This document shows positions 36,521 to 46,889 of a DNA stretch of 49,737 nt, piece after piece. A model generated the notes under the pieces. It was not told where the DNA came from. It did not search any database and saw only the letters and a list, made by a program, of their open reading frames with translations. The position numbers and the translations under genes are program-made. Position 1 is the stretch's first letter, and every line of letters starts with the position of its first letter. The stretch is from a virus (taxonomy: Duplodnaviria; Caudoviricetes), in the IMG/VR virus record IMGVR_UViG_3300031453_000082, positions 1-49,737 of that record. The stretch is one strand, 5' to 3'.

Positions 36521-36546
36521 AAGCCCCCAAGTTTGAAGGAGATTCT

Positions 36547-39500
36547 ATGCTGAAAAAGCTGGTATTGCTGCTGTTGCTGTCTGCTCCGGCGTTCGCCGCA
36601 AACGTGACGATCACCGGAACATCTACCGGCACGGGCGCGACCACAAGCGGCTTCATCACGTTTGCCTCGAATACTTGTCAAGGTCAGGTCGCGGGTCTGA
36701 ATATCGCGGGGGTGAAGTTCAGCCGGCAGACGGTAGCAATCACAGGGGGTGCTTTCTCGATTACCGTGCCCTCCGCAGGGGGATGGTGCTATCAGGTGGG
36801 CGTTTACGACTCCTCGACTCACGCGGCTCGGTTCCTGACCGGCTACGGCGCGTATGCCCCTACTGCAAGTGGGTCACTCGACAGCGCACCAACCACAACG
36901 ACCGCACCTGACGCCCGCGTTCCTGCCGCCGACTCTGCCGTGGGCGGAAGCGCGGTTGCTCCCTCGCCAACACCGACGCCCACGCCCTCGCCCTCGCCAA
37001 CACCGACGCCCACGCCCACACCCGCACCAACTCCCACCGGATCGGGCCTGACCTTTCGCGGACCATTCACAGCCTCTACCGCTTATGCCGTGAACGACAT
37101 CCTGTCGAATGCGGGTAGCTCGTATATCGTCACAACCGCCTTCACGTCCGGCAGTGCGTTCCCCAGCCTCCCATCGACAAACCTTAGCCTGTTTGCTGCT
37201 AAGGGTGACGTTGGGGCACCGGGAGTTTTTACCGCTCCCACCGGCTCGTCAGGCCAGGTGCTCGCATACACTTCCGATGGAAGTTCCATCGCCCCGAAAA
37301 CTCTCACCATCGAATCTCTCCCCACCGCTCACCCCGAGTGGAATGGCTACTACGATTGCCGCCTTTCGAACACAGGTACCGATGCCTATGGGCCACCTCC
37401 GGCACCCGGTTATGTCCGTACCACTTGCCAGAACGGCCTGCCTGTAACGGAGACTAGCGACGGCGTATTTCATGCGTTCGGGGGCGTCATCCCTGGAGCG
37501 AATCAGGTAGTGACGGGTTCGGGCGGTTCAGCGCAAGCAACCCCAATGGTGGTCGATCCACAGGGCATAACGACGCTGCCGTGCTACTCTGCCGCGCCCG
37601 GAGCGTTTTCGGTAACAACCGGCGGTCCATGCGAAAAGAATCAGTCCGACTTTTTCGGACCAGGGTACAACTTTGGATCTCCGCAGATCGGGGCGGGCTA
37701 TGGCTGGACGGCAGACACTGGCAAGAGCATCAACGTAAAGTCGCATCGCCGAGGAATCACGCAGGGGCAAAGCATCACAGTTAGCGGAGCAAAGATTGGG
37801 GACGTTGCTGGTCAATACATCTATGCCAGCAGCAAGGGCGGATACAAGGTGGCATCGGATGAGGGGCTGGTCGGGCAAAGAGTTACTGTGTCAGAAGAGA
37901 ACGGGGTCTTTGTCGGAACGGTAAGCGGACTCGCGCCCAACACGCTCTACATCACTCCCGCCGGCGATGTGCAGGGGCTAGTGGATGGCGGGACGCTGCT
38001 GGATATGACTGCTCCCATCGCAATCGGCAATATCACCGCTGAGACGCTGTTTTCAGGCGGTTCTCCAGGCACGCTGACCACTGACAATGCCTTGACTCCT
38101 GCGACCTATCAGGGCACGGCGGCAGCGATCTCCTCTACCCCGAATGGGGTAGTGGGAACCTCAGTTACCGTTCCGGTGACCGCCACCAGTGGAACCATCT
38201 CTGCCAGTTCGATTCTGATCTTTGCTTGCAATGATTTTCTTGAGACAGTCCAGCCGACCACCGTCTCTGCCCTTGCAGGCGGTGTGCAGAATGTGACCGC
38301 GATGTTCCGCTACTCGCACAACGCTGGATGCCCGGTCTATCAGGGCGGGATGCACGGCTACCTTGACCTGACGGCAGATCGCCGTGCGGCTCCCGGCGGA
38401 GCTTTGCTGAGAACGTCCTACTTCGCCCAGGCAGTCTCCGCCAACACTTTGATCTATCGCGTCTATCTCGCCAACGCGAATGTAGGGCAGGCGTCCCACC
38501 TCTACGACGCCGTACACGCGTGGGGGACGAATGGTGGATACAGCCTCTGGCCCGGCGCGGAAGTGGCCCAGGTCGGGATCGGCAGGTATGGCACGGTCTG
38601 GGGCTTCAACGGGACCGCGACACTAGCACCGAACGATGTGGCGTGGGCCGTCGGCCATGCCCTCGAAAACCCTCATGACCCGTCTGTCGGCGTGCTCGGT
38701 AGCGCAGTGTCCATGCAATTGCTTTCCCCACCGCCTGCTCCTATTGAGGGGTTTGAATTCGGGCTGTCTGGATATGGCGCTTACGGGGGTTTCATCACCG
38801 GCTTCCGTTCCGCCAATTTCGAGCCTCCCTCCCGCTACATCAATCACGGCGGAACTTTGCCCGCACCCGGTCAAGCATTCGAGGCTCAGGGCGTATGGCA
38901 AAAAATGTTCTCCGGCCCAGCCCCCGAGCAAGAGGGCGCGGTAATCGATGTCGGCAAGACCTTGAATAATTGCAACAGCTCTGTCTTCGACCGCTACAGC
39001 CTGATCCGAGCAGCGACCGTGGGGGAAACTTTCGAGCAGTACATGGACTGCAATGCGAAGTATGTCTCGCTGGGGTTCAACGCAACGAATTACCATCTGA
39101 CCATCACCCCAACCGGAATTTTGGCTAGTAACCCAACTAGCCCTGGTGGATCGGCGATCTGCACTGCAGATGGAGTGAACTGCCCCGGTAGCGGTGTGAG
39201 CGCGGCATCCGGCGTCTTCACCGGCAATCTCTCTGCTGGTGGAAGCACGCAGCTATACGCTGGTGACGCAACAGGACATTCCGTTACGATCAACGGCGGC
39301 AATTATATTGAACAATATACAAACCTGACCTCAGCGGGAGTCAATGCCAAGCTCACCCGTTTTATTTGTCGCATTGATCTCAATGGCGGCTGCCAATTTC
39401 AGACGTTGAACGATGCCAACGGAGGAGAAGCTACTATTTTCAGCTGGGCGCGTAACACCGTCGATGGCAGCCCCTCACAAGTCACATTCGCAACTGGCAT

Positions 39501-39648
39501 TCAAATAGCCTCCACGGTAACTCCCACCTGCAACGCAGCCAATCGTTTCGCGTTCAACACAGTAACGGGGGCGGTAGGTGCAAAGGATGTTGTCCAGGTA
39601 TGCGCCAAGGATGCGGCCGATGTCTATGCGTGGCGAACCATTTACTAA
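36547..39648 (+). CDS. Large signal-peptide-bearing tail-fibre-like protein with Pro-Thr linker
   Basis: AAGGAG RBS; MLKKLVLLLLLSAPAFA|A signal; (PT)n; fibre-type FRGPF.ASTAYAVND...GSSY...AKGD.G..G. Confidence 0.75.
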   Translation: MLKKLVLLLLLSAPAFAANVTITGTSTGTGATTSGFITFASNTCQGQVAGLNIAGVKFSRQTVAITGGAFSITVPSAGGWCYQVGVYDSSTHAARFLTGYGAYAPTASGSLDSAPTTTTAPDARVPAADSAVGGSAVAPSPTPTPTPSPSPTPTPTPTPAPTPTGSGLTFRGPFTASTAYAVNDILSNAGSSYIVTTAFTSGSAFPSLPSTNLSLFAAKGDVGAPGVFTAPTGSSGQVLAYTSDGSSIAPKTLTIESLPTAHPEWNGYYDCRLSNTGTDAYGPPPAPGYVRTTCQNGLPVTETSDGVFHAFGGVIPGANQVVTGSGGSAQATPMVVDPQGITTLPCYSAAPGAFSVTTGGPCEKNQSDFFGPGYNFGSPQIGAGYGWTADTGKSINVKSHRRGITQGQSITVSGAKIGDVAGQYIYASSKGGYKVASDEGLVGQRVTVSEENGVFVGTVSGLAPNTLYITPAGDVQGLVDGGTLLDMTAPIAIGNITAETLFSGGSPGTLTTDNALTPATYQGTAAAISSTPNGVVGTSVTVPVTATSGTISASSILIFACNDFLETVQPTTVSALAGGVQNVTAMFRYSHNAGCPVYQGGMHGYLDLTADRRAAPGGALLRTSYFAQAVSANTLIYRVYLANANVGQASHLYDAVHAWGTNGGYSLWPGAEVAQVGIGRYGTVWGFNGTATLAPNDVAWAVGHALENPHDPSVGVLGSAVSMQLLSPPPAPIEGFEFGLSGYGAYGGFITGFRSANFEPPSRYINHGGTLPAPGQAFEAQGVWQKMFSGPAPEQEGAVIDVGKTLNNCNSSVFDRYSLIRAATVGETFEQYMDCNAKYVSLGFNATNYHLTITPTGILASNPTSPGGSAICTADGVNCPGSGVSAASGVFTGNLSAGGSTQLYAGDATGHSVTINGGNYIEQYTNLTSAGVNAKLTRFICRIDLNGGCQFQTLNDANGGEATIFSWARNTVDGSPSQVTFATGIQIASTVTPTCNAANRFAFNTVTGAVGAKDVVQVCAKDAADVYAWRTIY
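36961..37038 (+). repeat. Pro-Thr/Pro-Ser coding repeat with a duplicated CCCTCGCCAACACCGACGCCCACG unit
   Basis: Read directly. Confidence 0.8.
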
Positions 39649-39670
39649 CAAGTCTCTTTAAGGATGCCTC

Positions 39671-42600
39671 ATGAAAAAGCTCATCGCGCTGCTCTTCCTT
39701 CTGACCATGAGCGCGGTAGCGCAGGTACCTAACCTCGTTCGATCGACTTCCTTCAACACCTCAGCCGCAGGCACCAATAACCCCACTGTGACGATCCCGG
39801 CGACCGCTGCCGGAAACTCGCTAGTGGTGGAGGTCTTCGGCACCGCCCTTCCCGCCGGCATCACCGACAGTGCTGGGGACACCTATGCGACTTGCGGGGC
39901 GAACTGCGTCGGCAGCAACGCCTACGACTTCTATGTGGCCGGAACGTTCCGCACCGCCTCCTCCGTTACCTCGGTCACCATCAATGCCAGCAATGGCCCA
40001 AAAGGGAGGATTCTTGAGATTGGATCAGGAGGTGTCGGCTTCGCCGCAAGCACGAACTCCTACAATCCCGGCTATGTCAACGCAAGTTCGGCTAACCTCT
40101 CTATAACCCTAACCAAACAATCTTTAGTCCTCTGCACTGGTGACTATCTGGGCGGAACGCCCGTCATCGCAAACACCGGAGCCACTTTTACTGCGATTAC
40201 GCCTTCGATCGCCAGCCTTGAGGCGTCAGCAAATGTGACCTCATCCGGCGCGGCCGCCTGCAATGTGACGTGGGACGGCAGTGGCTACGGAAAGCCGGCC
40301 ATTGTGGAGTTCGCGATTGAATCAGCGAATGTTGCCACGGGGCCAACCCCAAGTTCTTTGGCGTTCATCTCGACTCCGAATCCGGTATCAGTCAATACGA
40401 GCTCGACCCTGAGTTGCGTGTCTACATGGTCGGATGGATCGCACCCCACTTGTCCTGCAATCACGTACACCTCGACATCTCCAGGAGTTTCGATCTCTGG
40501 CAACGTGGCTACTTTCTCCACACTGGGAACGGCGGTTATCAATGGAAACGGCGCGGGATTCCCGCAGGCTTCGGTCTCCATCTTGGTCAATAACGCCGTT
40601 CCGACGCCCTCGATTTATGCCGGGCTGATCTCTGGTCCTCTGGCAAACGGGCCAGTGAATTACAGCGGCACAACCGCTTGGAATAACGACGTGTGGTACA
40701 CCCCCAACCCGACGGCGGGGCAACCCGGAACCTATAGCGGACCGCTGTTCGGCGGCTCGAAGGTGGACCCCATCTTCGGCGTAAAGTATACCCGCTTTCC
40801 GAGGCCAACCAACTGCCCGACGATCAACGGCAATAGCTCATGCACGGCGGACTCGTCCGGGTACGTGGATGCGTATTCCAAGGTCAATCCGATGTCAGCA
40901 GATAAAAAGTGGGTGATCCAGTACGACACCCACGGCTGGCTCTACCTCTACGGATTCGACGGGACGACCCTCACCTTTGTTCGCAGAATTCAGGTCAACA
41001 CCTCCGGTATCGATGCGACAGACGGAGGATTGATTGCCGGCGGCGATGAGGCGAACTGCTCCTGGAGCCGTACGCCGGGGTCGCATCTGCTCTACTGCAC
41101 CGCCAATACGGCAACGTCTTCTGACAAGGTTGCGCTCGTCTCCTATGACCCTGTGCTCGACACCGGGCCAGGCTCCCATCCCGCCGTCGTGGTCCATGAT
41201 TTCACGCCCACGATTAACCTTTATCCCGGATGTCTTCGCATCAACAATGAGCGGGAGGGTGAGCAGTCGGACGATGACAAGTACTTCATCTTCTCCTGCA
41301 ATCAGGCGGGCGGCGATAACGACCAAAACGCATTCATCCTCTACAACCGGGCGACAGACACCGTGGTGTCTAAGAGCTTCGCTCAGTTCTGCGCTTACAC
41401 GGGCGGAACAACCTGCCGGGCCACCGCGAACTACGAGACGATGGCCGTGGACGGCTCCTCAGTCATCATCTCGTGGAACCCCGATCCGACTAGCCAAGCC
41501 AACCATGACCCAGGATGGGTCCGCGGTGCGGGGACCGAGAAATTCGATCTTGCCCTCAACTACCTCGGAGGCATCTCCAGTCAGTATTCGCACGGTGATG
41601 CGGGCGTCGACGTAAATGGAAAGCCGATCTTTGTCCAGTACGCGGATCTGCTGCAGACGGCGGCGAGCCACGAGCTGCTCGTGTGCGATCTCAGCCTTGT
41701 CACGAACAATGGGCATGTGGGGGGCACAACCTCAGACCCAGCCAACACCGGCTGCCAGCACTACATCAAAATGGAGCCTACGTCGGGCGGGTCTGACACC
41801 ATCTCAGGACGTGCGACGCAGGGTCCGTACAAGGGCTATGCCCTCGTTTCAAATTACGAGGGTGGACGGACCCCAAATGAGTACGCGATGGGCTCGCTCG
41901 AAAACTTTGCCTACCGGATGGATTTCCCGAACCTCTCTGCTGACATCTCAACCTCAACACCCGTGACGCCATACGTGGAGCTTGGCCGCACCCACGCGAT
42001 CCATGCCGACAATGACGGCATCTCGCCGGACACCCATGATTACTATGCACAGCCGAATGGCGTGTGGAACATCGACGGAACCTATTTTGTTTTCACCTCT
42101 ACCGGCGATTTCTCTAATAACACCATGCCGGAGTCAGCGCTGCCGACCAACACGCAGCACTATATGTCGCTGCTCGTCGCTCTGCCGATCTCCGGCGCAC
42201 CGCCACCCACTCGCAGCTCCATTGCTTTAACCCCGGCTTCCGCCACCATTGCCACGGGTGCCACCCAGACCCTGACCTGCACGGATAATCTGGGTGCGGC
42301 CTGCGTCACCCCCAGCTACACCTCCGGGAATACGGCGGTGGCCACGGTGACCAGCCCCGGAGGAGTGGTGACTGGGGTGGGTGGGGGGACGGCCACCATC
42401 ACCGCCGCAGCGTCAGGTTATCTGGGATCATCCACGATTGCTGTAACCCCGCCTCCCAGCAATGGTCTTGCGGTCACCTACAGCGGAGGTGGTATTCAGA
42501 CGCTGGCCTACTCGGGTGTCACCCTGCATGATGCCACTGCGTACCCCGCTGACGTCTTTCACATTTCGCATATGAAGACGACCGATCTTAGTGGCACGGT

Positions 42601-44983
42601 CCTTCACGGAGCCGGGTTGGATTACGGTGAAACCGGCGCGACAAAGACATGGACTGCCGGCACGAAAACCATGCTGTACACCTACACGTGGGGCACGATC
42701 TCAGTCCAATTCGCCGACACCGCATCGAAGCTGGATGCGATCGTCACGCTGCACAACAACACCGGATCGAACGTGATTCTGGACGGCGCTGAGATCCACC
42801 CGTTCGGAGCTCACTTCCCGAATGCTCCTGTAGGATTCAACGGCTACCCTGTTTTTGCATACGAAGTGAACGCTCCCGGAGTCACTATCGCGGACTATGG
42901 AATCGGCAAGATGGCGGTCGTCGTTCCCAGTGCTGCCAAACTGCTGTACACCGGTTTCGACACGGTGTCAGGCGGCGGCCAGACATACTTCACCCCACTC
43001 ATCTCGGGCACCGGGCCGGACAATCTGGCGACCTTCTACCCGCATTTCGAGCGAGCTTTGCAACCCGGCCAAACAGACACCTTCACCGTCTCATACCGCT
43101 TCTCACCGGAAAGTGGAACGCCTGATGCGAGTGACGCCTACGCACAGTGGGCCTCACAGTATCCATCCGAGATGACGTGGACCGACAAGCGTGTGATCGG
43201 AGATCAGTTCCTTGCTTCGTCGCCCACTGGTGATCCTCGATACGCCACAGTCTCAAGCACCAACCCGCGCAACTACTTTGTCAACGAAGGTTCGAACTGG
43301 CTGGGCAATCCTGCAGCGTTTCAGGCTCGCATTATCAAGCAGGCTCACGACACGGTGACCAACGCTCTCGCCATGCACATGCAGGGCGTGATTACGTGGG
43401 ACGCGGAAGGTGAGCAGTACCCGCAGACCACGAGCTACATCTGCGATCCAACCACGTTCGATAATCTGCCGGGAACCGCGGTCGGCTCACAGGGGGCGGC
43501 AGGCTCACTCTCTCCAGAAATGTCAGTGGTTGTCACTGGACTCACCGGAACTGACTCCGTGTACAACGGGATGCGTCTCGTCGACATCCTGTTCAAGATT
43601 CAATCGGACGCTGGCCTGAAGACGGGTGTTTGTCTCCGGCCTCAGCACCTCGTTTACGGAACCGATGTGAACGGCGTTCAGACTTTGCAGCAAGTGGACA
43701 TCGGCAACAACGCCGGTATCATCGCAGAACTCAAACGCAAGATCGCCTACGCTGTCAGTCATTGGGGAGCAAGCCTCTTCTACACCGACTCGACTGTGGA
43801 CGCGAACGGGGCCCCACTCGACCCGGCGATCTTCAAAGCGGTCCATGAGGCGTACCCCAACGTCCTGATCATCCCGGAAGAGTCGACGCCGCTCTACTTC
43901 GCGTACACCGCTCCGTACAACACGTTCATCTTCCACACCGACCTGGGCACAGATCCAAGCGTGTACAACTACTACCCGAAGGCGTTTGTCGTCAACATGA
44001 TCAACGAGTCCGCCCCGGCGAAGATCCAGCAGTACTCGGCGCAACTCTCGCAAAGTTCCGCGAACGGCGACATCTTCCTGGATCACGCGGACTACCTGGA
44101 CGGGAACGGCCCAGCCATCGCCAACCTGATCTCTACCGGCAAGACCCTCACCCCGCAGAGTGGTGGCGGCACAGCACCGACAGTCACTCTTTCTTCGCTG
44201 GCGTTCTCTGCCCCCAACCCGATCAACCTTGTCACCGGAGCTTCGGTGACACCGGCTTGCACGGCAACCTATTCCGATGGCACCTCAGGGTCATGCACCT
44301 TAGCCGGGGGCTCCTTCCTTAGCTCCTCTCCCTCTTCCGCCACTGTCAGCACCACGGGTTTGGTGAATGCCGTAGCAGCCGGCACGGGCACCATCACCGC
44401 ATCAGTTGGGAGCATATCGGGCACAGACACTTTCACCATCACCGCACCTTCCACTCCTCCCCCACCTACGCTGACGAGCATCACCGCCTCACTCTCAGCC
44501 TCATCCACCGTCCCAGGCGGTCACGTTAACGTGACGTGTCAGCTCACCTACTCTGATAACTCGCATCCTTCATTCACCGGCTCGGTAAGCTCGGCTACTA
44601 GTTCCGTCGCTACCGTATCCGGGCTCGTTCTGACCGGCGTAGGCGGGGGGACATCTGCCATCCGATGCGCCCAAGCGGGCATTCAGTCCAGCCCGGTAAG
44701 CCTCTTAGTCGTTGTGCCGGCAAATCCTTCCACCGCTCCTTTCGGCGGCAACATTGTTATCGGAGCGACCCTGATCTGGGTCAAATTCGCTGGGGAGGGT
44801 CAGATCGTTTCTCTGCCTCCGGGGACGCTGGTACGCTACGGCGTTGCCCCGTCTAGTTGGTCTCGGGCGATGGCGGTGGGGCCTGCAGGCCGCATCCAGG
44901 CCAGCAATGCTACCTTTGGTGATCCTGCACCGGGAAAACTCAAGGAGCTTGATGTGGAGGTTGCCATTGCACCGCAGCACTGA
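39671..44983 (+). CDS. 1770-aa signal-peptide-bearing multidomain protein: Big_2 Ig-like repeats, possible beta-propeller and glycoside-hydrolase-like regions, C-terminal SUEL/galactose-lectin-like motif
   Basis: MKKLIALLFLLTMSAVA|Q; SIALTPASATI..G.TQTL...SGNTAVATV...G.ATITA-type repeats; C-terminal SNATFGDPAPGKLKELDV. Confidence 0.75.
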   Translation: MKKLIALLFLLTMSAVAQVPNLVRSTSFNTSAAGTNNPTVTIPATAAGNSLVVEVFGTALPAGITDSAGDTYATCGANCVGSNAYDFYVAGTFRTASSVTSVTINASNGPKGRILEIGSGGVGFAASTNSYNPGYVNASSANLSITLTKQSLVLCTGDYLGGTPVIANTGATFTAITPSIASLEASANVTSSGAAACNVTWDGSGYGKPAIVEFAIESANVATGPTPSSLAFISTPNPVSVNTSSTLSCVSTWSDGSHPTCPAITYTSTSPGVSISGNVATFSTLGTAVINGNGAGFPQASVSILVNNAVPTPSIYAGLISGPLANGPVNYSGTTAWNNDVWYTPNPTAGQPGTYSGPLFGGSKVDPIFGVKYTRFPRPTNCPTINGNSSCTADSSGYVDAYSKVNPMSADKKWVIQYDTHGWLYLYGFDGTTLTFVRRIQVNTSGIDATDGGLIAGGDEANCSWSRTPGSHLLYCTANTATSSDKVALVSYDPVLDTGPGSHPAVVVHDFTPTINLYPGCLRINNEREGEQSDDDKYFIFSCNQAGGDNDQNAFILYNRATDTVVSKSFAQFCAYTGGTTCRATANYETMAVDGSSVIISWNPDPTSQANHDPGWVRGAGTEKFDLALNYLGGISSQYSHGDAGVDVNGKPIFVQYADLLQTAASHELLVCDLSLVTNNGHVGGTTSDPANTGCQHYIKMEPTSGGSDTISGRATQGPYKGYALVSNYEGGRTPNEYAMGSLENFAYRMDFPNLSADISTSTPVTPYVELGRTHAIHADNDGISPDTHDYYAQPNGVWNIDGTYFVFTSTGDFSNNTMPESALPTNTQHYMSLLVALPISGAPPPTRSSIALTPASATIATGATQTLTCTDNLGAACVTPSYTSGNTAVATVTSPGGVVTGVGGGTATITAAASGYLGSSTIAVTPPPSNGLAVTYSGGGIQTLAYSGVTLHDATAYPADVFHISHMKTTDLSGTVLHGAGLDYGETGATKTWTAGTKTMLYTYTWGTISVQFADTASKLDAIVTLHNNTGSNVILDGAEIHPFGAHFPNAPVGFNGYPVFAYEVNAPGVTIADYGIGKMAVVVPSAAKLLYTGFDTVSGGGQTYFTPLISGTGPDNLATFYPHFERALQPGQTDTFTVSYRFSPESGTPDASDAYAQWASQYPSEMTWTDKRVIGDQFLASSPTGDPRYATVSSTNPRNYFVNEGSNWLGNPAAFQARIIKQAHDTVTNALAMHMQGVITWDAEGEQYPQTTSYICDPTTFDNLPGTAVGSQGAAGSLSPEMSVVVTGLTGTDSVYNGMRLVDILFKIQSDAGLKTGVCLRPQHLVYGTDVNGVQTLQQVDIGNNAGIIAELKRKIAYAVSHWGASLFYTDSTVDANGAPLDPAIFKAVHEAYPNVLIIPEESTPLYFAYTAPYNTFIFHTDLGTDPSVYNYYPKAFVVNMINESAPAKIQQYSAQLSQSSANGDIFLDHADYLDGNGPAIANLISTGKTLTPQSGGGTAPTVTLSSLAFSAPNPINLVTGASVTPACTATYSDGTSGSCTLAGGSFLSSSPSSATVSTTGLVNAVAAGTGTITASVGSISGTDTFTITAPSTPPPPTLTSITASLSASSTVPGGHVNVTCQLTYSDNSHPSFTGSVSSATSSVATVSGLVLTGVGGGTSAIRCAQAGIQSSPVSLLVVVPANPSTAPFGGNIVIGATLIWVKFAGEGQIVSLPPGTLVRYGVAPSSWSRAMAVGPAGRIQASNATFGDPAPGKLKELDVEVAIAPQH

Positions 44984-44997
44984 GGTTAATCGAAAAA

Positions 44998-45069
44998 ATG
45001 GACATTAGCCCGGCGGTAATTGCGCTCATCAAGCGTTTCGAGGAAGCGGGACGATTTTTTGATCGATGA
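44998..45069 (+). pseudogene. Probable remnant of a GH24 lysozyme 5' end (MDISPAVIALIKRFEEAGRFFDR)
   Basis: Resembles the M.IS..GI.LIK.FEG start of phage muramidases; GAGG upstream; stop overlaps the M15 start. Confidence 0.5.
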
Positions 45070-45572
45070 GGTTTTCAATGCTAGAAGTGCTCAGTATGGC
45101 GAGATTGGCGAAAGTGCAGCCTGATTGTGGAAAGAAGGTTCTTACGGCGGCAGACTTGCTCGCTAGAGATCATCAGACTTGGGTGCGTGTGGTGAGTGGC
45201 TTACGGGACGCTGCCGAGCAGAACAAAGACTTCGCGCAAGGTCGGACTCTCCCTGGACGCAAAATTACCGATGCACGAGCCGGATATTCCATGCACAACT
45301 ACGGCTTGGCTGTGGATGTGGTGCCGTTTCTCTCTGGTAGCTGCGGCGAGCTAAACTGGAAAGCTAACACAGAGCAGTTTAGATGGATGGTGGCGGTGTT
45401 CAAGGCACAAGGATTGGAGTGGGGTGGAGACTGGCATGGTGATCTAGGCGACTTCGACCATTTCCAGATGCCGAAGCTGCCGACGACTCCGACGCAAAAG
45501 ATGCGCGACGTGCTTGTTTCAGGACTGCCGAAAGTGTGGTCTGAGGCCGCCGCAGGCACTTTCGCTGTCTAG
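45066..45572 (+). CDS. M15-family peptidase endolysin (L-Ala-D-Glu type)
   Basis: SGLR...EQ...AQGRT, SMHNYGLAVD, WGGDW, DFDHFQ. Confidence 0.9.
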   Translation: MRFSMLEVLSMARLAKVQPDCGKKVLTAADLLARDHQTWVRVVSGLRDAAEQNKDFAQGRTLPGRKITDARAGYSMHNYGLAVDVVPFLSGSCGELNWKANTEQFRWMVAVFKAQGLEWGGDWHGDLGDFDHFQMPKLPTTPTQKMRDVLVSGLPKVWSEAAAGTFAV

Positions 45573-45900
45573 CAATCCAAATCAGGCTGTTGCCGCCGCC
45601 TTCGGCCTCGGAAACTTGATGCATTCCACCCTGCTAAAGTGTGTGACCGCGGGGAACGGGCCGGCCGGAGCGGGTTAGGAGAACAGGTACATTAAAGGAC
45701 AATTATGCACTTGACACAGAAAGATGTGTACATTATGACGACCGTGACAGGGCGGCGTAGTATGATCATCGCCCCGATGAAAGCGCTCTCCATACTATCG
45801 TTGATAGTTCTGACCCCTTTGTTGATCGCCCAAGAAGCGCAAACAAAGGGGTCAGTATCTAAGAACTACGTGGTAGCTGAACCACACTCAAAGATTGTCG

Positions 45901-46560
45901 TTAATGGGCGGGCATGGCAACAGGCCGAACTTCGCCCCGCTTGGGCTGCAGGCCCGAGATCGGAACGGCATAGCCAGAACCAGGTGACTCAAACTCACGT
46001 ACAACAATCGCGAGTTGCCCTAGTGTCTTCACGACATCGAAGCCGGAAAGCGCTATCCCACTCCCAGTCGCTGCGACCCTAGTGATGTTCTCTAAATCTT
46101 GCGTCCAGATGATTGGTGCTTCCGAAATCACCCCTATCGCATTACCGGCGTCGTCTATCACGGGAGAACCAGATGCCCCCGGGGTGATCGGCATTTGCAC
46201 TTTCAGGATTTCGTATCTAGGCATGATGGCTTGACCATTTACAGTCCCGACCGCGCTTATCGGAGGGTGAGGGAACCTTCCGCTGAGAAAGCCGTCATAG
46301 AGAATCGGATTCCCGTTGTCGATTCCCGGGAACCCAATAGCCAGAAGATGATCGCCCGTGCCCACAGCCTTCGCATTACCTAGTGGGATGAAGCACGGGG
46401 GATGGGCGGTCGTATGAATGAATGCGAGATCCATTCCCGATTCATTCTTGTCGACGTCTGCGGCTCCTGCAGCCAGCTTGGTCATCTGCTGACCGTGCGG
46501 CGTTATTGAAATGTTCTGATCCACGTTAACGTCAAAGTCCACCTGATTTTGATTGTTCAT
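45901..46560 (-). pseudogene. 5'-truncated trypsin-like (S1) serine protease
   Basis: DLAFI (Asp), AIGFPG and PGASGSPV (Ser) present; no catalytic-His segment in the open frame. Confidence 0.6.
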
Positions 46561-46792
46561 CTTGAACGTTTTCTGGCTTCCGCATCTTCTCTGCGCCAGC
46601 GAGAGACCGCTTGGCAGCCTTGAAGTCGTTCTCCGCGCGAAGCAGTCGTTGACGCCTCCTATCAAGAAGCCAACAGTGCGCTTCTTCCCAGGTCGGAAAG
46701 TTCGGCTCCTCTCGCTTACCATCCCACGTCATCCGTGGCTTCTTTCGCGAACGGATAATGTTCACAGCCCAATCCGGCTCGTAGACTCCCAT
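46532..46792 (-). CDS. Phage hypothetical protein
   Basis: FPTWEEAH.WLL followed by a coiled coil, a pattern common in phage genes; GGAG upstream. Confidence 0.55.
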   Translation of the reverse strand: MGVYEPDWAVNIIRSRKKPRMTWDGKREEPNFPTWEEAHCWLLDRRRQRLLRAENDFKAAKRSLAGAEKMRKPENVQDEQSKSGGL

Positions 46793-46889
46793 TCCCTACC
46801 GCTCCATCCCCCCTCACTGCCCACCACCATTTCAACAACTTGCATGGTCCTCTGGGCATCTATTGGGCAGGTAGACGAGACCTTCATTA

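Noticed and set aside
45705-46082. Full 125-aa plus-strand CDS
   Set aside because: Its 3' half is antisense to the protease fragment and looks non-coding; at most the 45777-45930 part is a gene remnant
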